From: an uncultured Actinomycetes bacterium
GTDB lineage: Bacteria; Actinomycetota; UBA4738; HRBIN12
Assembly: GCA_963716935.1 (NCBI GenBank)
Contig: CAVQUN010000006.1
Location: forward strand, 163,241-227,240
Reading direction: 5' to 3'
Length of the DNA stretch: 64,000 bases
Below are positions 53,380 through 62,861 of the stretch, in pieces. The translations under genes and the position numbers were made by a program. Position 1 is the stretch's first letter, and each line of letters begins with the position of its first letter. The notes under the pieces were generated by a model, which ran no database searches, was not told where the DNA came from, and saw only the letters and a list, made by a program, of their open reading frames with translations.

Positions 53380-55712
53380 ATGGCGGGGTCTTGGTTCGAG
53401 CTGCGTCCGGCCGGGGGTGGGAGGCGAGGACGCGGTAGTCCTCCGTTGCCAAGAAGATTCCGCCTGGTCCTGACGATCACCTTGGTAGCGGCGACATTGA
53501 CAGTCATCGCGGCACCCCCTGCACAAGCGGCAACGCTCGCGCATGTGATCCAGCTCGACTGCGGCTACAGCTCGTCGGAGAACACTTTCCGTCCCGTCGC
53601 CACCGTTCGAAGGGACGGCTCGACTGAGCCCGACTTCCGGGTGTCGGTGGCGATGCGCCTGTTCGATGGCGCCACCCAGCTTGCCAGCCTCGGGACGGGG
53701 CTCCTCGGGTCCGGAGCAAACGGGACCGTCAACGTTCCGGTCGGCGAGACCCGCCAGCTCCGTCCGGAGGCCGGTGCCGAGTTCGGTGATGGAGGCTTCG
53801 GCGGAGGATCCCTTCTCCGGGAACACGACTACGTCGTGCAGACCAGCTTGTTCGACTTCGACGATTCGTCGTCCAGCAGCGAGCCGGCCGACTGGCCGTG
53901 CTCGACCTCGTCCGAAGGAGACAGCACGCCACCGACGGTCGCGGTGAACACGCCCTCGTCGAACGCGGTCTTCTCCTTGAATTCGAGCGTCCAGGCCGAC
54001 TTCGGGTGCGAGGACGAGTCGGACGGGTCCGGTCTTCTCTCGTGCACCGGGACGCTGAGCTCCGGCAGTTTCCTGGACACATCGACCACCTGCGGACACT
54101 CGTTCACGGTCGACGCCGTGGACAACGCCGGCAACCACACAGTCGTGACCCGGAGCTACATGGTCGTGGACGATACGGGCGACGATGACGACCGGGACGG
54201 CCTGCCGAACGACTGGGAAGAGAACGGCATCGACGAGAACTGTGACGGCACGATCGACCTGCCACTCGATCAAGCTCCCTTCAACGCAGATCCCGACCGT
54301 CCGGACCTGTTCGTCGAGATCGATCGCATGTCCGGCGTCGTCGTCGATTCGGGGGCGATCGACGACGTGGAGAGTGCCTTTGCTGCGCACGGCGTTGTGT
54401 TGCACGCGATGCCGGGAGAGCTCGTGCCGGTGATCGATCCGATCGACTTCGGGGGGTCCGGCCCCGACAGCTTCGACCAGATCAAGCTCGGTTCGCCGGA
54501 TGCCAATTGCGACGGCTTCTTCGGGAGCGTGGAGGATCGAGACAGCGGCAACTGCGGCAACGTTCTTGCGGCGAAACGCCTGGTGTTCCGCTATGCGATC
54601 TACGGGTACAACCACCTCCAACAGCCCGGTTCGTCGGGCATCGCAGAGGGAATCCCCGGCGACGACTTCATGGTCACCCTCGGCGGGTGGACGGACCAGG
54701 ACATCGACTGAGAGCGGCGGTCTGCGCGCCGCGCAGGCCGGCACGTTCATGCACGAGCTCGGTCACACGCTCGGGCTCCAGCACGGCGGAGTCGACTCCG
54801 TCAACTGCAAGCCGAACTACCTCAGCATCATGTCCTACAGCCTGCAGTTCCCGTCCATGGATCCGTCGCGCCCGCTGGACTACTCGGATCAAGTCACTTC
54901 CGACCCTGGTCGAGGGCTCGCTGAACGAGTCGGTCGGAATCGGCGGGCCTGCGGGACGCAACGCCGTGTACGGACGTCGCGGGCGTCAACGCGGACGACC
55001 CCTGCCGACGGTCCGATCGACTGGAACGGCAACGGCGTCGCCACGGACGTCGGCGTCGCTTCGGATGTGAATCGCGTCGTCGGGACGTGCGACGGGGCGG
55101 GTGACGTGCTCGCGGGGGCCGAGGATTGGGGTCACCTGATCTTCGACTTCCGGGAGAGCCGACGGTTTTCTCGACGGGAGTCCACCCACTTGCCCACCCG
55201 GAGCCCTCCCTCACCGAGGAGCAGGTCGTTGCCATGGCGGAGTCCTTCGACTTCGATGGCGACGCCGTGGTCAACGCCTTCGACAACTGCCCGGCGGTTC
55301 CCAACCCCGGCCAGGCGGACCACGACGGCGACGGCGTGGGGGATGCCTGTGATTCGGGCGGCGGCCCGACGCCCGTTGAGATCGACGTCAAACCGGGTCC
55401 GGGAGACCGGGTGAGGCTGTCGACAGGAGCGACCGGCGTCGCAATTCTGTCGAACGAGACATTCGACGCGACCGGCGTCGACTTCCACAGCGTGTGCTTC
55501 GGCGACGCCGACGACGCCGACGCAACGCGACTGTTCGCCGACCGGCAGGCGCGGGAAGAAGGTGGATGTGAACGGCGATGGGCGACTGGACCTCGTTCTG
55601 AAGTTCCAGACCAGCGAGACCGGAATCGATCTCGGGGATACACAGGCTTGCCTCACGGGGATGAACGGGGGCGTGCCGTTTGAGGGGTGTGGGGCCATCT
55701 CGGTGATCCCGT
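53380..55712 (+). pseudogene. secreted zinc metalloprotease (metzincin, pappalysin/ulilysin M43-like) with thrombospondin type-3-like Ca-binding repeats; at least 4 frame breaks
   Basis: Signal peptide. HELGHTLGLQHGG then SIMSY Met-turn (metzincin HExxHxxGxxH). TSP3-like [24 protein letters not shown]. Last segment [14 protein letters not shown]...GCGAISVIP-stop. Pieces lie in three frames (breaks near 54700, 54890, 55150-55210, 55560). Confidence 0.55.
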
Positions 55713-55778
55713 AGGGAGGGCGGGCAGCGGCCGCATCGCAACGATGGCGAATCCGCACGATAGTGGGAGAGGGGAGAA

Positions 55779-57463
55779 GATGAGTCGACGACGGGTAGCG
55801 ATGGGCGCCGCGGTGCTTGCGGCGTTGATGATCCTCGGGCCGGCGGCGCTCGCACAGACAATCAGTCCGCCGAGCATCGACGTCGGGGCCGGATCATCGA
55901 TCTGCAGTGGTGGAAGCGAAGACTTCCCGATCAGTATCACCTTGCCTCCGGGAGGTGTCGTCGATAAGGCAGATGTGTTTCTCCTGTTCGACGACACGGG
56001 CAGCTTCGCGGGCTTCGTCCCCACGGTTGCCGACATCTTCAGTGGGCTCGTCACAGAACTCGAGGGCAACGTGCCCAGGCGTCGAGTTCGGGTTCGGGGT
56101 CGGTCGCTTCGAGGACTACGGAGGACAAGGCTCCGGACTTCTCCTTCGACGTCGAAGAGGCCAGGCCGTTCACGTTGAACCAGCCGATCGTCACCGCAGC
56201 GACGGCGGGTGGCGCCTCCGCGCGCGACACGTTGATCTCCGACGCGCTGTCCCGGGAGGCTCCCGGTTTTGGTGGGGACGGCCCTGAGTCCGACATCGAG
56301 GCGCTCTATCAGGTGGCGACGGGGGCCGGGTTCGATGGGGACGGCGACGCATCCACTTCGGGAAGCGGACCCGCCGGCGATCCGACCACCCAGACGGATC
56401 CCGGCACGTCGGGGGACGTCCCGGCGTTCTCGTCCAACGTGGCCACGACCTCCGGCACTCTCGGAGGTGCAGGATGGAGGAGCGATGCTCTCCACCTGGT
56501 TCTGCTCGCGACGGACATCTCGCCCGTCTCGCCGTTCCCGGCAGGGCAGGCGATCCCGGCGACGATCACCGGAACCGGTGGCACGGAGCCGGTCGAGAAC
56601 TTCGCGTCGAGCTCCACGACGCCTGGCTTCGATCGCTTCGGGTTCGTGGGCGATGCGAAGTCCGCGGCCGAGCAACACGGTCCTGGGAGCCGTCGCGCCG
56701 TCGGGTTCGGCGCCCGTCCAGGCAACCATCAGCGCGCTGAACGGGCTTGGGATCCGCGTCCTCGGCATGGGACCTGCAGCGGCTCCGACGACGGCCACGG
56801 GACCGACGTTCGATCCCAGCGTCTTGTTGTCCTCGCTGGCCAGGCTCACCGGCGCAGTCGATTCCACCGACACACCGCTCGTCTTCAGCACGTCGGTGTC
56901 CTCATCGGATCTCGCGACGGCCATCGCGAACGCGATCGCCACGTCCGTGACGGAACCCGTCGATGTGGGTTTGACGACGACGACGCTTCCAGCCGGTCTG
57001 ACGTTCGGGAGCTCTCCGTCGGTGGTGAGCGACGTGGGGCCGGGTGAAACGGCCAGCTTTACCGTGACGCTGACGGGCGATGGATCGGCGATCACCGGCA
57101 CGTTCGACATTCAGTTTCGTCGACACGGCCAGCGGCGCGATCCTGGGTTCGATCCCGGTGAGCGTGCAATGTGAAGGCGGTGGTGGGGGTGACGACACCA
57201 CGGCGCCAACCTGCACGAAGACAACTGCGAACCATCCGCCGCGACGCGTCCTCACCGCCGTGGACGCTGAGAGCGGTCTGGCCTCCATCCAAGTGCTGAG
57301 CTCGAACAACGCCATAGTGACCATCCCGGCATTCGCGGTCGGTACGACCGATCCGGTTCAGGTCACCGTGACGAGGGCGGGAAGGCATTGGGGGGCGACC
57401 CTGCTGGTGACCGACGTGGCGGGGAACACCACGACGTGCAGCACTGTCGGCGGAAGGGGATGA
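55779..57463 (+). pseudogene. secreted von Willebrand factor A (vWA/MIDAS) domain protein; at least 4 frame breaks
   Basis: ATG at 55779 after GGGAGAGGGGAG. Signal peptide. MIDAS-like DVFLLFDDTGSF. Long Thr/Gly/Ser-rich C-terminal region. Fragments in three frames (breaks near 56070, 56200-56290, 56700, 57120). Confidence 0.5.
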
Positions 57464-57526
57464 GCCGAACACAGCGAGAACAAGCGTTCGAACCATCGCT
57501 GTAGACCGCCGAAGCCATGTCCCCGC

Positions 57527-58570
57527 ATGGTCACGGGAGGAGTAGCCTCCCGTGACCATGCCGGGGATCTGCTCGAGCTGCCCAAGGTGGACCTGCACGT
57601 GCACCTTGAGGGCTCGATGCGGCCCGGAACGGTGGTGGAGCTCGCGGCCCGCGGGGGCGTCGACCTCCCCGAAGGTCTGCGCGACGGCCGCTACGAGTTC
57701 CGCGACTTCCGCCACTTCATCGACGAGTGGCTCGCCGGCCTCGCATGCCTGCAGCCGGGCCGAGGACTTCAAGCGCATCGCGCTCGAGTTCTGCGAGGAC
57801 GAGGCGGCCCAGGGCGTTCGCTACGCGGAGGTCTCGTTCTCGCTTCCCGGATCATCGAGAGCGAATGCCCGACTGGGACGTCCCGATGGCGGCGGTGCTC
57901 GAGGGCCTAGCGGAGGGCGAGCGCTTCGGGATCGTCTGCCGCGTCTACGTCGACGTGGTGCGGGGCATCGGCCTCGACCTGTCTCGCCGCGCGATGGAGG
58001 TGGCCGCGGCCCACGTCGACGGGGGGCGTGATCGGGGTCGGGCTCGGCGGCGAAGAGCGCTTCCCGCCAGAGCCGTACGCGGAGATCTTTCGGGAGGGTC
58101 GCGAGCGAGGACTCCACTCGATCCCGCACGCCGGCGAGACCCACGGGCCGGCATCGATACGCGGGGCGATCGAGGCTCTCGGGGCCGAGCGCATCGGGCA
58201 CGGGATCGGGATCCTGCAGGATCCCGCGCTCGTCGACGAGGTGCGCGAGCGCGGCATCGGCCTCGACGTCTGTCCCACGTCGAACGTGATGACGCGGTCG
58301 ACACCGAGCATCGAGGAGCACCCGCTGCCGGTGATGCTCGCGGCCGGCCTCCGGTGCACGCTCGCGAGCGACGACCCCTCGATGTTCCACGCCTTCGTCG
58401 CGGACGAGTACGAACGCTGCCGGAGTGCGTTCGACCTCGACGACGCCGCGCTCGCCGACCTAGCCCGCAACGGGATCCACGCGTCGTTCGCGCCGGATGC
58501 GGTGAAGGCCGAGCTCGAGGCTGCGGTCGACGCCTGGCTCAACGCCGAGCCCGCCCCGGGGACATGGTGA
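57527..58570 (+). pseudogene. add: adenosine deaminase (3 apparent frame breaks)
   Basis: Add motifs PKVDLHVHLEGS, SLP (VSFSLP), HAGE (IPHAGETHGP), DDP (LASDDPSMFH) are spread over four frames (breaks near 57750, 57860, 58025). Could equally be an intact gene degraded by sequencing indels. Confidence 0.65.
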
Positions 58571-58869
58571 GCGGCGTCTTCCGTACGACGATCGGTCAGA
58601 CCGTCGTCTCCGACGAGATGCGAGGGCGTCTCGAGGGGATGGGCCTCACGGTCTGGGCCACCGGGCCCTCGCTCGTGGACCTGGAGTCGGGGGTGGTCGC
58701 CTCGGTCACGTCGGTCCCATTCTCCATCGTCGCCGGCGGTCTGCTCTGCCTCGTGGGCGTCCTCGCGCATGCCGCGTTCGTCCCCTCGTTCCGCGAATAT
58801 GCCACCGAGCATCCCGCCGCCTTACAAGGCGCTAATGGTCAGAAACTCATGAAACCATTTCCATCTTGA
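58564..58869 (+). CDS. small hypothetical membrane protein (101 aa)
   Basis: ATG 58564 overlaps the add 3' end. One predicted TM (VPFSIVAGGLLCLVGVLAHAAFV). Confidence 0.4.
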   Translation: MVSGVFRTTIGQTVVSDEMRGRLEGMGLTVWATGPSLVDLESGVVASVTSVPFSIVAGGLLCLVGVLAHAAFVPSFREYATEHPAALQGANGQKLMKPFPS

Positions 58870-58913
58870 TAGTCTTGTAATGGTCGCAATACCCTGAGAG
58901 CGTTACACATGCC

Positions 58914-59438
58914 ATGAGAGGGCATCTCGCGCTCGAGCTCGCCTCCACGCGTCTCGGCGGCCGCGACCTGCTGGGGGGACCGCGTGAGCTCGAAGCGTGG
59001 CTCGCCGACCGTGGGATCGACGAGCCTGAGCTCGTCCTTCGTCTCGCCGACTTCCGGCGGCTTCGGACGTCGATCCTCGCGGCCCTTGAGGCGGTCGTCG
59101 CGCAGCGTCCGCTGCCGCCGGACGCCGTCGAGGTCGTGAACCAGGCGAGCGCCGCCTCGCCGACCCATCGTCGGCTTCTGGTCGACCCCGTCGGCGTCGA
59201 GTCCGTCGAGGACGCCCCGTCGGCGGCCCGCGCCTTCGCCGCGATCGCGAGTTCGGCGATCGAGATCCTCGGGGGACCGGACCGCGAGCGCCTGCGCGAA
59301 TGCCCGGCGCCGGGATGCGGCCGGTTCTTCCTCACGACGCGGCCCGGCCGCACGTGGTGCTCGCCCGCGTGCGGGAACCGCGTCCGGGTCGCACGGCATC
59401 ACGAGCGCCGGAGGCGCCCGCCTACACTGCGCGCGTGA
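58914..59438 (+). CDS. CGNR zinc-finger (ABATE-domain) protein
   Basis: C-terminal CPAPGCGRFFLTTRPGRTWCSPACGNRVRVARHH is the CGNR zinc-finger signature. Confidence 0.75.
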   Translation: MRGHLALELASTRLGGRDLLGGPRELEAWLADRGIDEPELVLRLADFRRLRTSILAALEAVVAQRPLPPDAVEVVNQASAASPTHRRLLVDPVGVESVEDAPSAARAFAAIASSAIEILGGPDRERLRECPAPGCGRFFLTTRPGRTWCSPACGNRVRVARHHERRRRPPTLRA

Positions 59439-62400
59439 TCGTCTGTGGGGCGTGCGGCGAGGAGAACCCGGACCACGCGGCGTTCTGCGTCGCCTGCGGG
59501 ACGCGCCTGTCGAGCGGCGAGAGCGAGGAGCGAAAGCTCGTCACGATCGCGTTCGCGGAGCTCGTCGGGCTCGGCGAGCTCGACCCGGAGGATCGTCGGC
59601 GCATCCTCGAGCCGTATCGCGCCCGCGTTCGCCGGGCCGTCGGGAACTTCGGGGGCACCGTCGACAAGTTCCTCGGCACGACGGCGCTCTGCGTCTTCGG
59701 CGCCCCGGTCGCGCACGAGGACGACCCCGAGCGCGCCGTGCGTGCCGCGCTCCGGATCCGCGAGGCGGTGGCCGAGCTCGACGCGGCCGAGGCCGGACAC
59801 GAGCTCGGCGTCCGGATCGGCGTGAACACGGGCGAGGCCGTCGTGACGCACCCGGGCGTCGGCCCGCAGATCGGCGAGGCCGTCACGGGGGACGTGGTGA
59901 ACACGGCCTCGCGCCTGCAGACCGCCGCGGCCTCCGGCGAGATCCTCGTCGCCGAGGCGACGTACGAGGCCACGCGGCTGGTCTTCGAATGGGCGGAGCA
60001 CGAGCCGGTGCTCGCGAAGGGCAAGGCGGAGCCGCAGGCGGCCTGGCTCGCGATCGCATCGCGCGGCGGCTACGGGATCGACCTGCGGCCGCCCTCGACC
60101 TCGCCGTTCATCGGCCGGCGCGACCAGCTCGCCCTGCTCGAGTCGGCCTTCCGTCGCGCCGTCGGCGAGTCGACCGTCCAGCTCGTCACGATCACGGGCG
60201 AGGCCGGCGTCGGCAAGAGCCGGCTGATCCAGGAGCTCGGGACCGTTGCCGACGAGTGGCCGGGGCTGATCCGGTGGCGGCAGGGACGCTCGCTGCCCTA
60301 CGGCGAGGGGCTCTCGTTCTGGGCGCTCGGCGAGATGGTCAAGGCCGACGCCGGGATCCTCGACTCGGACTCGCCCGGGGAGGCCGAGGCGAAGCTTCGG
60401 CGCTCGCTCGAGCCGCACGTCCGCGACCCGGAGGAGCTCGAACGGCTCCGCCTGCGCCTCGCGCCGCTGGTCGGCGCCGAGGGCACGCCCTTCGACGCGC
60501 CGCGAGACGACCTGTTCGAGGGCTGGCGCCACTGGTTCGAGGCGCTCGCGTCGAAGTCCCCGTTCGTGGCCGTCTTCGAGGACCTGCAGTGGGCCGACGA
60601 CGTCATGCTCGAGTTCGTCGAGCACCTGGTCGACTGGGCCGTGGGACTCCCGCTCCTGGTGGTCTGCGCCGCGCGGCCCGAGCTCTACGAGCGGCACGAG
60701 GCCTGGGGCGGCGGCCGGCGGAACTCGACGTCGATCGCGCTGCCGCCGCTCACGACCCGCGAGACCGCGATGCTGATCGGCGCGCTGCTCGAGGGCGTCG
60801 TGCTCCCCGCCGAGACGCAGCGGGACCTGCTCGAGCGCTGCGGGGGCAACCCGCTGTACGCGGAGGAGTTCGTCCGGATGCTCCGCGACCGGGGCGCCAT
60901 CGGCGACGAGGCGGTCGACGTGGCCGGCGTCGCGATGCCCTCGTCCGTGCAACAGCTGATCGGCGCGCGCATCGACACGCTGCCCCCCGCGGAAAAGGGC
61001 GTCCTGCAGGACGCGGCGGTCGTCGGCAAGGTGTTCTGGGCGGGCGCCGTGGAGGCGGTGAGCGGCCTGCCCGAGGACGTCGTCATCCGCGCGCTCCACG
61101 AGTCCGTCAAGCGCGAGTTCGTCCGCCCGTTGCGCGTCAGCACGCTCGGCGGCCAGGCCGAGTTCGCGTTCGATCACATGCTGGTGCGCGAGGTCGCGTA
61201 CGGGCAGATCCCGCGCGCCGGCCGCATCGGCCGGCACGTCGCGGTCGCCCGGTGGTTGCGTGCGGTCGCCGCCGACCGCGTCTTCGAGGTCGCCGAGCTC
61301 CTCGCCCACCACTACGGCGAGGCGCTCGCCTACACGCGGGTCACCGACCCGGCGGCGGACACGCACGGTCTGCAGGAGGCGGCCGGTTCGGCGCTGATGA
61401 TGGCGGGGGACCGCGCGAAGCGCCTCGACCCCGGTCGCGCCGTGGAGCTCTTCCGGCGGGCGCGGGCGGCCCTGCCCGGCGACGACCCCGAGCGCACGCG
61501 CGCGCTGCTCGAGTCGGCGGAGGCGGCGGAGGAGGCGGGACGCCTCGCGGAGGCCGACGCCGAGTTCGACGAGGCGATCGCCGAGTATCGCGCCGCCGAG
61601 GACCCCTTGGGGCTCGGCGAGGCGCTCGCGCGGCGGGCGAGGTCGACGCAGGAGTACAGCGGCGGCGCGCGGGCCCTGCTCGAGGAGGCCATCGCGCTGC
61701 TCGAGACGCAGCCGCCGGGGCCCGAGCTCGTGCGCGCCACCACGCGGATGGCCGGGCATCTGTACGTCGCGGGCGCGAACCAGGAGGCCATCGCGTGGGC
61801 GGATCGAGGGCTCGCGCTCGCCGACGAGCTCGGGGTCGAGAACGAGGCGGTCCTCGCGCTCCAGTACCGGGGCGCGGCGCGAGGGCAGTCCGGCGACGAG
61901 GGCGGCATCGCCGACCTGCGAGAGGCGCTTCAGCGCGGGCAGGAGCTCGGCCTCGGCGACGAGGTGGCGACGACGTACAACAACCTCGCGTACGAGCTCT
62001 GGTTCTGGAAGGGACCGCAGGCCGCGCTCGAGCTGTGGGAGGAGGCGGGCGCCTTCTGCCGCGTGCGGGGTTTCGCGGCCGGCGAGATGTGGTCGCGTTC
62101 GGGCACGCTCGAGTGCCTGTTCGACCTCGGCCGGTGGGACGAGGCGTTCGCGCTCGCGACGGAGCTGCGCGACTGGGGCCTCGAGCACGGCTTTCGCCGC
62201 GTGCACATGATCGCCACCGTGTATCGCGGATGGGTGCTCCTTCGCCGCGGCGAGTTCCACGCCGCGGGACGCGAGGTCGAGGAGCTGCTCCCCCCTGCGC
62301 GCGAGGTCGGGTACGGGGAGTTCCTCGCGCCGGCTCTGGTGATCGCGGCCGAGGTCGCGCTCGCCACGGGGGACCGGCAGCTCTCGCGGTCGTTCGTGCG

Positions 62401-62839
62401 CGAGTTCGAGGAGGCGACCGCGAGCAACCCGGAGTACTGGCGGATCTTCCTGCCGGTCGCGGTGCGCGTGCTCGTCGCCGGCGGCGCGGTGGAGGAGGCC
62501 TCGAGGATCCTGGCGGCCGGGTTCGATCCGAACTCGCGCCGGCTCCGCCTGTCGATGGGAACGGCGCGGGCGATCGTGGCCGAGGCACGCGGCGAGCTCG
62601 AGGCCGCCGAGCGGGACTTCCGGGAGCTGGCCGACGGCTGGGCCGACTACGGGTTCCGCCTCGAGGAGGCGCGAACGAGAACCGGGCTCGCGCGATGTCT
62701 GGTCCGCCTCGGCCGGGCCGACGAGGCGGCACCCGAGATCGCCCGGGCGCGCGAGCTGCTCGAGCCCCTCGGAGCCCTGCCGATGCTCGAGGAGCTCCGG
62801 GCGATCGAGGGCCGGGACGCCCGCGCCGCGCGCTCGTAG
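59435..62839 (+). CDS. zinc-ribbon / class III adenylate cyclase / AAA+ ATPase / TPR multidomain protein (STAND-like; paralog of 7265..9262)
   Basis: GTG overlaps the CGNR stop (GTGA). N-terminal CGACGEEN...CVACG zinc ribbon. Cyclase motifs (FAELVGLGEL, GVNTGEAV). P-loop GEAGVGKS. About 500 aa of TPR-like helices. Confidence 0.85.
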   Translation: MIVCGACGEENPDHAAFCVACGTRLSSGESEERKLVTIAFAELVGLGELDPEDRRRILEPYRARVRRAVGNFGGTVDKFLGTTALCVFGAPVAHEDDPERAVRAALRIREAVAELDAAEAGHELGVRIGVNTGEAVVTHPGVGPQIGEAVTGDVVNTASRLQTAAASGEILVAEATYEATRLVFEWAEHEPVLAKGKAEPQAAWLAIASRGGYGIDLRPPSTSPFIGRRDQLALLESAFRRAVGESTVQLVTITGEAGVGKSRLIQELGTVADEWPGLIRWRQGRSLPYGEGLSFWALGEMVKADAGILDSDSPGEAEAKLRRSLEPHVRDPEELERLRLRLAPLVGAEGTPFDAPRDDLFEGWRHWFEALASKSPFVAVFEDLQWADDVMLEFVEHLVDWAVGLPLLVVCAARPELYERHEAWGGGRRNSTSIALPPLTTRETAMLIGALLEGVVLPAETQRDLLERCGGNPLYAEEFVRMLRDRGAIGDEAVDVAGVAMPSSVQQLIGARIDTLPPAEKGVLQDAAVVGKVFWAGAVEAVSGLPEDVVIRALHESVKREFVRPLRVSTLGGQAEFAFDHMLVREVAYGQIPRAGRIGRHVAVARWLRAVAADRVFEVAELLAHHYGEALAYTRVTDPAADTHGLQEAAGSALMMAGDRAKRLDPGRAVELFRRARAALPGDDPERTRALLESAEAAEEAGRLAEADAEFDEAIAEYRAAEDPLGLGEALARRARSTQEYSGGARALLEEAIALLETQPPGPELVRATTRMAGHLYVAGANQEAIAWADRGLALADELGVENEAVLALQYRGAARGQSGDEGGIADLREALQRGQELGLGDEVATTYNNLAYELWFWKGPQAALELWEEAGAFCRVRGFAAGEMWSRSGTLECLFDLGRWDEAFALATELRDWGLEHGFRRVHMIATVYRGWVLLRRGEFHAAGREVEELLPPAREVGYGEFLAPALVIAAEVALATGDRQLSRSFVREFEEATASNPEYWRIFLPVAVRVLVAGGAVEEASRILAAGFDPNSRRLRLSMGTARAIVAEARGELEAAERDFRELADGWADYGFRLEEARTRTGLARCLVRLGRADEAAPEIARARELLEPLGALPMLEELRAIEGRDARAARS

Positions 62840-62861
62840 AGCGTCCGCGTATCCTCCCGCC

